Origin: Felis catus
Lineage: Eukaryota
Direction of reading: 5' to 3'
Length of the DNA stretch: 64,000 nt
Assembly (NCBI RefSeq): GCF_018350175.1
Contig: NC_058368.1
Span: forward strand, 142,850,001 to 142,914,000
Part shown: piece after piece, positions 1-12,374 of the stretch
How the letters are laid out: every line of letters begins with the position of its first letter
How positions within the stretch are numbered: the stretch's first letter is position 1
Program-made: the position numbers and the translations under genes
Notes under the pieces: model-generated
The model's database searches: none
The model's input: only the letters and a program-made list of their open reading frames with translations
What the model was told of the DNA's origin: nothing

Positions 1-650
1 AAACTCTTAAATATAATTTGATCTGGTAAATAATAAAGATTGGTTTCATTTTATAATTTAAGTAATGACTCCAAGAGCAGACCACAAGAAAATCAGTTAC
101 TGGCTCTTGCTTACTTTGGGTTTTAAATTAACCACTATGAACTACAGGTAAATACAAATTATTAGTCCAGTTCAGACTGCATAAGCATTTTCCTTTGCAC
201 AAGAGCTTACCTTTGTATGTCTGATAATTGAAAATGACTTCACAGGTAAATGACCTGTTGGAAAGTGTATTAACTCAGGAATCAAAAGACTCAGGTCCAA
301 AACCTGGCCCCAACATAACTCTGCTGCTTTGCCAAGTAACATGACATTTCTGGAACTTGGTCTCCACAGTGGAAAAATGGGTGGGTTGTGAGATTAACTC
401 AAATATCCCTTTTGACTTCACTAATCTGAGTCCAAATTGTAACAGAACAATGTAAAAAATCAAGGTTATGAAATAGATTTAATAATGTTCTGAAAGGAAA
501 AGAGTTAAAACGTTTTTTGACTGAAGTCAGTGAATCAGAAAAGGATGAGAGAGCACACAAATGATCAGATCTGCTCCCAAAAGTAAACTGAGAACAAAAG
601 GATGCTCACAAATTTGAATACTAGACTTTGGCTATTAGAATAAAGAATGA

Positions 651-880
651 GGGGCGCCTGGGTGGTGCAGTCGGTTAAGCGTCCGACTTCAGCCAGGTCA
701 CGATCTCGCGGTCCGTGAGTTCGAGCCCCGCGTCGGGCTCTGGGCTGATGGCTCAGAGCCTGGAGCCTGTTTCCGATTCTGTGTCTCCCTCTCTCTCTCT
801 GCCCCTCCCCCGTTCATGCTCTGTCTCTCTCTGTCCCAAAAATAAATAAACGTTAAAAAAAAAAGTAAAAAAAAAAAAAG
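651..880 (+). mobile_element. Young felid CanSINE (SINEC_Fc-like)
   Basis: GGGGCGCCTGGGTGG head, CT-rich tract, AATAAA and poly(A). TSD TAGAATAAAGAATGA at 636-650 and 881-895. Confidence 0.93.
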
Positions 881-1181
881 TAGAATAAAGAATGAGTGAA
901 CATAGAAAAAGCAGCATCATTAGCAAAAAATGATCTGGAGCAGAAGAAAACAGAGAATGGAGAAGAACACCAACTTTCTATGGGTAACCAAGGACAGGGT
1001 GGCATCTCATACACCAAAAGCAAAGTGATGGAGGGAGGGCTTTGTAGCTTAGAAACAGACAAAATGTTCACCTTGGGAATGTTACAGTGTTCCCTAACAA
1101 TGTACATAATGTAAAATATTAGATATTACTCTATGGCCAAATATCTTATTTCTTTGCCACTTGAAAAAAACCTACTAATTA

Positions 1182-1418
<237 letters not shown>

Positions 1419-1589
1419 CTAAATCGATCATAAAAGAGTCAATATTTAAACAAATACATATCCATTATTCTGTGTAAAACTGGACTGTAAAAGTGTATCA
1501 TGGCATCAGATTGATCAATCTGTACTTCTTTTCCCTTTATCAAATCTCAAACTAGGGCAGGATTCACACTGAATGTCAAGTAGACAGGC

Positions 1590-2110
1590 TACTTAATAGA
1601 GGTTTGCAATTGTCTCCAATATCCATTCTCGCCCCCAACCCTCATGGCAATGTAAACTGAATGTTTATGTAGACACATGGCCACTAAGAACAGTTTCCAA
1701 TAGTTGGCAGTTATTAGTTCCAACTGGTAGCTAAAAGTATTACTAAGTTTTGGTCAGTGAAATATAAATGAAAGCATCATGTGGCAGCTTTCATGAATTT
1801 TTTTTTTTTTTTAAAGCCACTGGCATATGCCCTTTGTCCTTTCTTCTTTGGCCTTCCTCAATCCCATTGTCTGGAATGCAGACATGACAGCTGGAGCTCT
1901 AGCTGCCATCTTCGAATAAGAACACAAGAGTCACACCCTAGGAATAACAGCAATGATCTAGAAGGTGACTGGGTTCCTGAAGTCTTTGTGGAAAATAGCC
2001 ATCATTCAAATCCTGCACTGCCTTACTGAAAGAGAAATTATCTTCTATCTTATCTAAGCATTATCATTTTGGTTTCTAACATTTTCAGTTAATCTAATAC
2101 TAACCGATCA
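1590..2110. mobile_element. Old MaLR (MLT-like) LTR remnant
   Basis: Resembles the MLT1 consensus as I remember it. Degenerate, boundaries approximate. Confidence 0.4.
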
Positions 2111-2374
2111 GTTATTTATATTGAATTGTTTAATACTGTTAATAAATTCACTTGTTAAATATATGTAAGTGTCAGGAAAATGTATACTTGATTTAGTCAT
2201 TCAACAGCTTAATACCTGAATACCTATGCTATGCTAGGACTTCAGTCTGGGTACCACGTGGAAACAAAGAAGAATGACAGTCTGATGAACCGAGTTGATA
2301 GAAGGAACACTGTGCAGTATTATACTCAGATCTCATCCATTCAACAGAAATCTACTGAGCACCAAACAAGGAGC

Positions 2375-2820
2375 TTTTGTCAAGTGTCTTTTCTGCATCT
2401 GTTGAAATGATCGTGCGTGTTTGTCCTTTATTCTATTAATGTAGCATATTACATTCATCGATTTTCAGATGTTAAATCAACCCTGCAACCGGGGCATAAA
2501 TTCCACTTGGTCGTGCTGCATCATCCTTTCTAAATGTTGCTGAATTCAGTTTGCTAGTATTTTCTTAAGGATTTTTGCACCGATATTCACAATATGTCTT
2601 TCTTTTCTTGTCATGTCTTTGTCTGGTTTTGGTATCAGGGTAATACTGGCCTCATGGAAGGAGTTGGGAAGTTTTCTCTTCTATTTTTGGAAACATTTGT
2701 GAAGGATTAGTACTAATTCTTCTTTAAATGTCTAGTGGAATTTACTAGTGAAGCCATCTGGGCCTAATCTTTTCTTTGTGGGTAGCTTTTGATTATACTA
2801 ATCCAATCTCTTGTTATAGT
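2375..2820 (-). mobile_element. Old L1 ORF2 fragment
   Basis: Typical antisense L1 text (tttctgcatctgttgaaatgatc...ggttttggtatcagggtaatactggcctca...gtgaagccatctgggcct). Confidence 0.8.
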
Positions 2821-4071
2821 TTTAGTGCAAGAGACTTGTTTTGATTTTAATGGAATTCATATTACTGTAGACTTCCAAATGTCATGTTGGTATTTTATAA
2901 TGGATATGTCCTCATTGAAGTAATCCTGTATTTATTTGATTTGGCACCCTGCCCCAGACCCAGAGAATACTCTTCCCACGTATTTCCATTGTCCAATACC
3001 TTTGAGAACACACTGTGATGGTGAGGTCTTCCAGCAAAGCACTCCGAGGGTGACATATAAACACATATAACATATTCTTACATGGGTGGAATTTCAATGC
3101 AGACGATGCAGTGCGACATCACTCTGCCACCACACTGTCATCACACAAAACTATAGACAAGAGAGTGCCAGCAGCCTATAAAGACTCACGAGGGCAAACA
3201 GCCCCAGCACCCCCTCAGTGATACAAGGTGCTGCTACAGTTCAAAGATGTTACAGGCAGTCACTAGGGAGAAACTTTAAGCCTCTATGTTCCTCGACAGC
3301 CTCACCTGGTGGTATACTTGAGTAGTGAGTACAAGGGAGTCTGAGAGCCTGGCTTCAAGTCTCTGCTCCAGGTCTTTCTAGCTGGATGAGCTTGGTTCCA
3401 TTATGTAAACTATCTACACTGTAGTTTCCTGTTTAGTAATAATAGATACTGTATAAGATTATTGTGAATATTAATAAAATTATGCCTATGAAAAGCTTAG
3501 CATAGTAGTACCTGGTACATAAATCTGTGTCATAGTGTTATGTAGCACAGTGTTAGCCATTCTTACTATTCGAATGGGAGTATTGACTAGCAAAACAAAA
3601 GCAAATGGTTAAAACCAGATAAATATCTGGTATGGAGCCTACTGGCAGTACAGTTATGAGCTAGAAGATATTTATAGAGCAACATCGCATGGCACCTCTA
3701 AATTTGATTTTGTAAAAAGTTTCAATAAGACAACCTTTCTCTCTATATATTTATCATACCAGGTCATTGTTTTCTCTGAAGTTCCCAACAGAAGCTTATG
3801 TATGGAAACCCCTAGGTCTGGGGGACATAGTAATAAAAAGGTAGTGAAAATGTCTCGTTAGCTGTCCCAGGTAGAAAACCCTTTTTCATTACTTTTTTAT
3901 TTAATTTGGCATACGTAATAGCCCACCTTGTTACGTACCCAAATTCTAGCATTAACCATCTGATTTCACCATTCAAGACGTGCGCACAAAGTTTTTCTAC
4001 CTTTAATACGCTTCTTAAAGCAACTTTTTCTACTCTTACTTCAAGTTAATGGATGGCGAAAACACCCTTCA

Positions 4072-4281
<210 letters not shown>

Positions 4282-5716
4282 TCATTATTTGGCATTCAAA
4301 CATGGTTCTCCTTCAGCACGATGAAAATGCAAGTGTGTAAGAAAAGAGTTGGTCTATGCCGTGCAAGAGATAACTGTATCAAATAGTTGCCTCTTACAAA
4401 AAGACGCTCATTCAGCAACTATTTACTAATTGTCTCCTCTGTGTCAGACACCATGCTAAGCCGCAGAGATGCGTTACAAACAAGAAGCAAAGACCCTTCT
4501 GCGTGGAGTTTATGGTCTACAGGGGAAGGCAGACAGCTGAAAGCACAATTGCAATAACACGGGATAGGGTTCATGTACAGAGTAAAAGAAAACTGTGTGA
4601 CAAAGAGAAAGACAAAGGATTTGAGGAAGGAATGTAAAGAATCAGAATGTTGCAGTGATGAGATCTCACGTGAAGTGAAAACAACATTCATGCGACAGTT
4701 CTTGATGTCCTTCAGTTGGCCAAGGACTCAGCTAGGCCCTAGGTTACAGAAATAAAAGATCTTCTCCTTGCCCTCAAGTTTCTCATAGTCCCGAGGGAAG
4801 ATCAACCAGTGAAGCAAATGCCACAACAGGGAGGGGTGGGGGGCAGGGGGGAGAGATTCGTGTTAAAGGAACGTTGTAAGAACATACATATGTTGTTAGA
4901 GCCAAGAGAAGTGCCCTTAGCTGTCCTGACTGGTGGGTGGGGGAAGTCAAAGACAGCTTCTCAAAGGGGGTGACCTCAGGGAAGGGTAAAGGGTGAGTGT
5001 TGAGATGGGGCCAGAGAAAATGTTGTTTCAGGCAGAGAGCCCAGCACATTCCAGAGCTATATGTAATTAAGATTAACTGAAGCGTATGAGCATAGCAAAG
5101 AGTGGCAAGGGAAAACGTTGGAAAGGCAAGCAGGGTTCACTTGATGAAGACTCTCCCCCTCTGGCCTTTGGCTGTGGGCCCTCTGATAGTTTTAGGCAAG
5201 GAAAAATAGCATGAAAAATTTAAGTAAACTTCCATCTTAGGCTATGGGTAGTGTTTGCCTGTGACTTTATTTTGAGAATACTAATGTAAGCATGAGAAGA
5301 GATAAAAATAAAAGTGAGGGGCTTTTAGTGAAGTACTTTTCAAAGCTGTGTGACAATCTTCAGGCACGGCCATCAGATCCTTTGTAATCCAGTTGCTGAA
5401 ATACTCTGATTTCTGAGTTTCTAGATATAGTAACTGATGAAAGATATTTTTGAAAGCTGCTTTTTATCCTTTCCTTATTTAAAAAATCAAGAAGAGTGGC
5501 GAACTGCATGGGAAATGTACTTCAAGAAATTAAACCAAAAACAGAGCAAACTCGAGGGGTTCTTACCTTACACATTCATTAGATTTCTCTACCACATTAA
5601 ATATTTCACATGCCATTAATGTCACTACACACATGATAATATGTCCAAATTCTTCAGAAATCTTACACAGTTCTGAGAAATCGACCTAAAAGAAATTTCA
5701 AGTTAAATACATCTAC

Positions 5717-5815
5717 CTGTCCAGTTTCCTCTTCCAATTTCTCATAAAGTTTGATGCTAGCATAATGTATCTTCTTCAAGTTTATTCCAGGATGAAAGTA
5801 AGTTGTTAAACCTGC
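5717..5815 (-). CDS. DMGDH: DMGDH coding exon 3
   Basis: ttaag acceptor, GTAGAT donor, 99 nt. Encodes [33 protein letters not shown], completing the STWHAAG motif. Confidence 0.96.
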
Positions 5816-5869
5816 CTTAAAACGAGAAGGAGAGAAAATACTTAAAAAAAAACCTGTCATTCTCTAATT

Positions 5870-6358
5870 TTTTTATTTGGGTATAGTTGACACACAGTGT
5901 TACATTAGTTTCAGGTGTACATCGAGATTCCACAACTCTATACATTCTGTTCTGCTCATCACAAGTGTAGCCACCATCTGTCACGATGTAACACTATTAC
6001 AGTACCGTTTACTATATTCCTCACACTGTACCTTTTATCCCCACGTCTTATTCCATAATCTGGAAGCTTGTATCTCTCACTCCCTTTCACCCCTTTCACC
6101 CCTTTTGCCCTCCCCCTACTCCCACCCTCTTTGGCAACCATCAGTTTGTGCATTTGTGGATCTGTTTCTGCTTTTTGTTTTTTTACTCATTTGTTTTCTT
6201 TTTTAAATTCCACACATAAGTGAAACCATGTGGTATTTGTCTCTCTCCATTTGACTTATTTCACTTAGTATAATACCCTCTAGGTCGATCCATGTTGTCA
6301 CAAATGGCAAGATCTCATCCTTTTTTATGGCTGCTTAATATTCCACTGTATGCATATG

Positions 6359-6392
<34 letters not shown>

Positions 6393-6638
6393 TCACCCTT
6401 CTGTATCTTGGCTATTGCAAATTATGCTGCAATAAATATAAGAGTGCATATATCTTTTCAGATCAGTGTTTTTGTTTTCTTGGGGTAAATACCTAGTAGT
6501 GGAATTATTGGATCATATGATATTTCCACTTTTAATTTTTTGAGGAACCTCCATACTGTTTTCTACAGTGGCTATACAAATTTACATTCCCACCAATAGT
6601 GCACAAGGGTTCGTTTTTGTCCATATCCTTGCCAACAA
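5870..6638 (-). mobile_element. 5'-truncated carnivore L1 (ORF2 end and 3' UTR), sense to DMGDH
   Basis: Antisense L1 3' UTR/ORF2 motifs with an internal (TA)n. Degenerate TSD CATTCT(C/T)TAA at 5858 and 6639. Confidence 0.85.
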
Positions 6639-8276
6639 CATTCTTTAAGTTTTAGTACTTTATCTGTTAAGCAGTAATTTATTGCTGGCAAGAAACTGAG
6701 AAGCACGAGCCAGCTCTTTGACATGAGAACACATCAGCTCCAGTTTGAGCACACCGGGGCATAAAACTCATGGCAGAGTTATGAGAACCAATTTGAACCA
6801 TATAAGTAATGTGAGAGTCAGCCAATGAACATATATTTTAAGTCCCTAAAACTTACTAAGGAAAGAGTGTTTGCAGATTCAGATATGGGATGATTTGGAG
6901 GAGAGGCTTAGTAATATATGCTGTTAAGAAGAATATGGGGAGGGGGGTATATAACATGGACCCAAACCAGCAAATCACGTGTGTTCCCATGAGGAGAAGG
7001 AACATGGACTGGCAAAGTTTTCCTTGACCCAATCCCCGCCATTCCCTTAAATGGAACAGCCCTCCTGTTCCCTTTCCCGAAATTTCCCAAATTCAAGAAA
7101 ATTGGAAAAGAAAATTCAAAAGAATTGGAAAATTCCTGAGAATTAGAGCCTGGATAATTGGTGAAACAGACTTTCAACAGACTTTTGTTGAAGCTTAACC
7201 TGTGTGATAAACATTGATTATACCCCACAAATATTTGCTGAAAAAATCCTTATGAATTACAGTCACAAAAAATATCTAAATAGTAGCATGCCAAAACCCT
7301 TTTATTAATTCTGGCAAATGCAATGTAGTATCCAAAAAAAGAATTCTAAGCAATTATATGAAGCAGGTTCTCTCAATTAAGTATCTGGGGCCCCATTTTG
7401 CAGCTAATTTATCCTGGAAAGCTCGTCAGAACACAGTCTGTTCAAAATAAAATCTGTTTAGGAAGGATTTATAAGGTTTTTCTATGATAGTGGTAGGTTA
7501 TTTGGTTCTCCTGAACTCAAAAGCACCCCATTGATAGTTCATTAATCGTCCTTTATGGGCCAGAACCCTGGGGCTTCTATTAAATACTTGTTCATACATC
7601 TGAACATATGCACAGCTTTTTGTTTGTTTGTTTTTGTTTTCTTGAGAAAGATGCTGGCTGAGCTTCAAGGTGCTCTCACAGCCAAGTGCCATTCTAACGG
7701 AAGTGCAAGTCAGGCTCTTTCACTCTCAAATATTCCACTCTCCGTTACATGCTCAGCTATCTCATTTGAATACGAGACTTTCCAGATCATTAATGGAGAA
7801 TCCCTAAGCTTCGGGTGTCTACTAGATACGTCTTCCGTGTATCTCCTGTCAGTTGAAAACAATGATATTCATAAGCAGTGGTGTAGGGTTCCATTCACCA
7901 TATACTCAAGATCCTCTGAGCTTAACCTGGGGTAAACCAGGCCACCAAAAAATTGTATATCTACACTACATCAGTCCTCTTCTTCCCCACCCCAGAAGGC
8001 TATCTTCATAGAATTATAAATTAATGATCTTGCATTGGAAAGAGTCACGTGGGTTAATTTTTGCAAAATTGTTATTCAAGACATTTAGCCCAATGAACTT
8101 TATTTAGGGAACAAATTCTTCTAGAATTCCTAGTTAAGGAAAAGTTAGTCACTCTTACTAAAATGGTATGCTTATTTCTACCGAACAATTCCTACTCCCT
8201 CCACTTCCTTGCTGCTAAGACAGTCAGAAGTAAGTGCTGGGCTTAATTTGTTTCTCAGGTATAAAAATTGTACTTA

Positions 8277-8390
8277 TTTTTTTAAAGATTTTATTTTTTA
8301 AAGTAATCTCGACACCCAACGTGGGGCTCAAACTCATAACGCTGAGATCAAGGATCGCATGCTCCACTGACTGAGCCAGCTAGGAGTCCC
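8277..8390 (-). mobile_element. Short old tRNA-derived carnivore SINE
   Basis: Reverse SINE head (ccactgactgagccagctaggagtccc) with a T-rich tail. Confidence 0.7.
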
Positions 8391-8468
8391 TTTACTAATG
8401 TTTTTGTACCCTGTATTTTTTTATCAGCTAGCTTTTCTCTTTTAATCTGTGTTTAAAATCTGGGGTCA

Positions 8469-8627
8469 CAGCAATTGCATCACTAGGAACTTATCCAAAG
8501 GATACAAAAATGCTGATCTGAAGGGGCACATGCACCCCAATGTTTATAGTAGTGCTACCAACAAAAGCCAAATTATGGAAAGAGCCCAAATGTCCATCAA
8601 TTGATGAATGGATTAAGATGATGTGGT

Positions 8628-8660
<33 letters not shown>

Positions 8661-9105
8661 AATACTACTCAGCAATGAAAAAGAATGAAATCTTGCCATT
8701 TGCAACAATGTGGATGTAACTGGAGGGTATTATGCTAAATGAAACAAATCAGTCAGAGAAAGACAGATATCATGATTTCCCTCATATGTAGAATTTGGGA
8801 AACTTAACAGATGATCAGGGGAAGGGAAGGAAAAATAAGATAAAAACAGAGAGGGAGGCAAACCATAAGAGACTCTTAAATACAGAGAACAAACTGAGGG
8901 TTGATGGGGGTGCGAGGGTGTGAGGTGGGGTAAATGGGTGATGGGCATTAAGGAGGGTACTTGTTGGGATGAGCACTGGGTGATATATGTAAGTGGTGAA
9001 TCGCTGGGTTCTTCTCCTGAAGCCAAGACTACACCATACATTAACTAACTCGAGAATAAAAAAACTTTTTTAATAAAACTCCAAAATTAATTAATTAATT
9101 AGTAA
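8469..9105 (+). mobile_element. 5'-truncated carnivore L1
   Basis: ORF2 C-terminal and 3' UTR motifs. Exact 15-bp TSD TAAAATCTGGGGTCA at 8454-8468 and 9106-9120. Confidence 0.92.
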
Positions 9106-9147
9106 TAAAATCTGGGGTCAAATATATCTGTGCTTTTTATTGTAAGA

Positions 9148-9312
9148 TTTTTTTTTCTTAGAGACAGAGAACGGGCATTCTAGTTGGAGGGGGAGAGAAT
9201 TTCAAGCCCAAAACAAGGTCTGACATGGGGCTTGATCCCACAACCCTGGGATCATGACATGAGCTGAAACCAAGAGCTGGATGCTCAACTAATTGAGCCA
9301 CCCAGGTGCCCT
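9148..9312 (-). mobile_element. CanSINE
   Basis: Reverse head gagccacccaggtgccc, flanked by TGTAAGAT repeats. Confidence 0.8.
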
Positions 9313-9930
9313 AATGTAAGATATCTGAATGTAGTATCATACGTGGTATTTATTGTTAATTTATGCGCCAATCCTATGACATGGAATGTAAGAAGGGTAC
9401 AATGTGTTTGTGTTCTGGGCTTCAGCAAGGATATATTAAATGGGAATTTTGAAGAAGAAAACATTGTTCTTATCCTTCAAGATGTTATGGCCTGACTGAA
9501 GTCTTGAAACTTTCATGTACCAAACAATGAAATCAAGAGCACATGATTAAGTGCCAGAGCATTTAGAGAAAGACCTAAGAACTGAGAGAAGAGAAGGTGC
9601 TAGAATAGCCACAAGTCTATAAGGAGGACAGGAAGGGGCCTACCTTTTATTTGAGGAAAGAAAATGATTATTGTTGGAAGAGAAAATAAAAGAGGAAAGA
9701 TGAAACAGAGACATGAATAATCATTAGGAACTATAACTCTTTGAATAAAATAAGAATTATGAATCCTTGTTGAGTAAATAAATACATACGCAAATAAATA
9801 GGGAGAAGAAAAAATCTCTTCCTTATAGTAGGCTAACAGTGAATGAATATGAAAGGAAACATGGCATTAGAAAACCATCAACTGTCACTAAAGCCAATGA
9901 TGCTGTATGTATTTAATAATCCTTTCTCCC

Positions 9931-10075
9931 GGTTCATGAGTTCCAGCCCCATGTTGGGCTCTGTTCTGACAGCTCAGAGCCTGGAGCCTGCTTCGAATTC
10001 TGTGTCTCCCTCTCTCTCTGTCCCTCCCCTGCTCGCACTCTCTCCCTCTCAAAAATAAATAACCATTAAAAAAAA
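9931..10075 (+). mobile_element. 5'-truncated CanSINE
   Basis: SINE body from ggttcatgagttccagcccc to the AATAAA/poly(A) tail. Confidence 0.8.
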
Positions 10076-10681
10076 TTTTTTTTTTAAGTTTAAGCATACC
10101 CACTAAAATACGTGTATATCTTTGTTCTCACGTGATATATAAATATGTATTACTATATTAACAGAGATCATAAAACATACAAAGACAACTTGAAATGAAT
10201 TAAATATTATAAATAATTTTTATTTTATTTATTGTGTAGAAAAGCTTTCAAATTTTAAAAATTCGCTTATTTAAGAAAGGTTTTGAGTTTTTAAAATTTA
10301 TTATATGGAAAGCTTTTGAAGAGTCAACTTACTTATTAATATTTTAGTAAATCTAGGTGACTAACATGCTTTGTTACTAAAATATATACAGGATGAACCT
10401 TGGTAAAACAGCAACTTGAATGCCTAATCCTAGGTTTGTTTTATTTTGAGACTGGTTTGAATGGCTCTGTTGGCTGAAGACGCTACCTGTCAATGATACA
10501 AAGGTCTACTTTGTAGAGTCTCCTGGGAAAAGGAGACTCTCTGGGCTGTACTCTGCATCCTGACACCACTTCCTCCACCCCAATCACCACTCACACAAAG
10601 GTTTCTTTTCAAACTTGACTATTAACATTTCATGTTCTCTTGTCTGTCAGTTGTTATAAGCAAATTGGAAGGTATTGGGGT

Positions 10682-10876
10682 TTTTTTGTTTGTTTTGTTT
10701 TGTTTTGTTTTGTTGAGAAAGAGAGAGAGCACACAAGCAGGGGAGAGAGGCAGAGGAAGAGAGAGAGAATCTCACGCAGGTTCCACGCTCAGCACGTGCC
10801 CTCAATCCCACAGCCCTGGGATCATACTGAGCAGAAACCAGGAACCACTCAACAGACTGAGCCACCCAGGTGCCCC
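10682..10876 (-). mobile_element. CanSINE with (GTTTT)n-converted tail
   Basis: Reverse head gagccacccaggtgcccc, GA tract. Confidence 0.82.
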
Positions 10877-11889
10877 ACGTTTTTATATTTTAAATAAATG
10901 GGTACAAACCCCACTTAAACTCACCATTTGGGAAAATTTTAGATACATTAAAAAATTTATCTCTTGTATATATGAGAGTTTTTCTACATGATGCATATCA
11001 TTTTGACCAGAAAATCTATTGATGATACCAACATTTCCAAATATTCCTTTTCAAAACGTACCCTTTCCAACAGAACTATTTTGCAAAAAGCAGTCATTTC
11101 TCACCTATACCATCAGCTTTACTTTGAAAGCATAGATTGCGTTTATTTTCTTGTATGTATCTGCTATGTGGTATTTTTTATATGTATCTCCTAATGACTG
11201 GTAGCCATCTGAATCACTCTAAAGGTCACCAAATTTAAAACACTGGCCTTTTTGTAAAAGAAAAACTTTGTCTCACTAACCCTTTTAATTACTGCATGAG
11301 ATAAACAACAAACCTCCATGGAGCACAACACCTTCCAGTTCATTCCCTCTTCCTTTCATCACGAATTCTATTATTTAAAGCCCTGTCTCTATAAAATGCA
11401 TCGCAACGATGATGTCCTATAGCACGTGATCTGCAGTATGTCACGGTAGACGAAAGACAAAAGAAAGTACGAGGCTGCCTCTGTCGTGGTGTGCCAACCT
11501 TTCTTTTAGTCAGCCTTGAAATCATACCCAGTATGTCACCTGCATCAAAGGTAAAGGCTATTTATAAAGACGAGTAATCTTCATCCCTTTCTTACATTTG
11601 TAGATAAAAGTAAACAGAAAGTTCTAATATTGTCTTCCCACACCCCAAAAAGATCATCCTGCATCTTTAGATCTTCAGTCCTCAGTTCTCCAAAACATTC
11701 ATGTTGGCACCATCCCCAAGGGCTGCCTCTCCTGGGGACCCCATGCTCCAAAGCTGCCTCTCACTCCATCTTCTCCCCTTTCTGTCCATCCTACATGAAA
11801 TGCTCTACATTGGTAGTAGTGTTACCTGCTGACAAAGCAGTGTTGTTAAAATATGGCAAAACCTCAGGGTTTTTAGATTTGTGACCCCA

Positions 11890-12374
11890 TTTTTATTTTA
11901 TTTTATTTTTAATGTTTATTTATTTTTAAGAGAGAGAGAGAGAGCATGAGCAGGGGAGGGGCAGAGAGAAAGGGAGACAGAGCATGAGTGAGGGAGGGGC
12001 AGAGAGAGAGGGAGACACAGAATCCAAAGCAGGCTCCAGGCTCTGAGCTGTCAGCACAGAGCCCTATGCAGGGTTTGAACTCATGAGCTGTGAGATCCTG
12101 ACTTGAACTGAAGTGGGACGCTTAACCAACTGAGCCACCCAGGTGCCCCTATTTTATTTTAAAGTGTTTATTTATCTTGAGAGAGAGAGGGAAAGAGAGA
12201 GAGCATGAGCACAAGAGAGGGAGGGACAGAGAGAGAGGGAGAAAGAACACCAAGCAGGCTCTGCACTGTCAGCACAGAGCCCAACTTGGGGCTCGATCCC
12301 ACGAACTGTGAGATCATGACCTGAGACTAAATCAAGAGTCGGACGCTTAACCCACTGAGCCACCCAGGCGCCCC
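11890..12374 (-). mobile_element. Two CanSINEs, one inserted in the tail of the other
   Basis: Two reverse heads, ending ~12149 and ~12374. Outer TSD TGTGAC(C/T)CCATTTT. The inner copy has a duplicated GA-rich segment. Confidence 0.88.

Noticed and set aside
651..740. tRNA-like A/B box sequences
   Set aside because: These are heads of tRNA-derived SINEs followed by a CT tract and poly(A), not tRNA genes.
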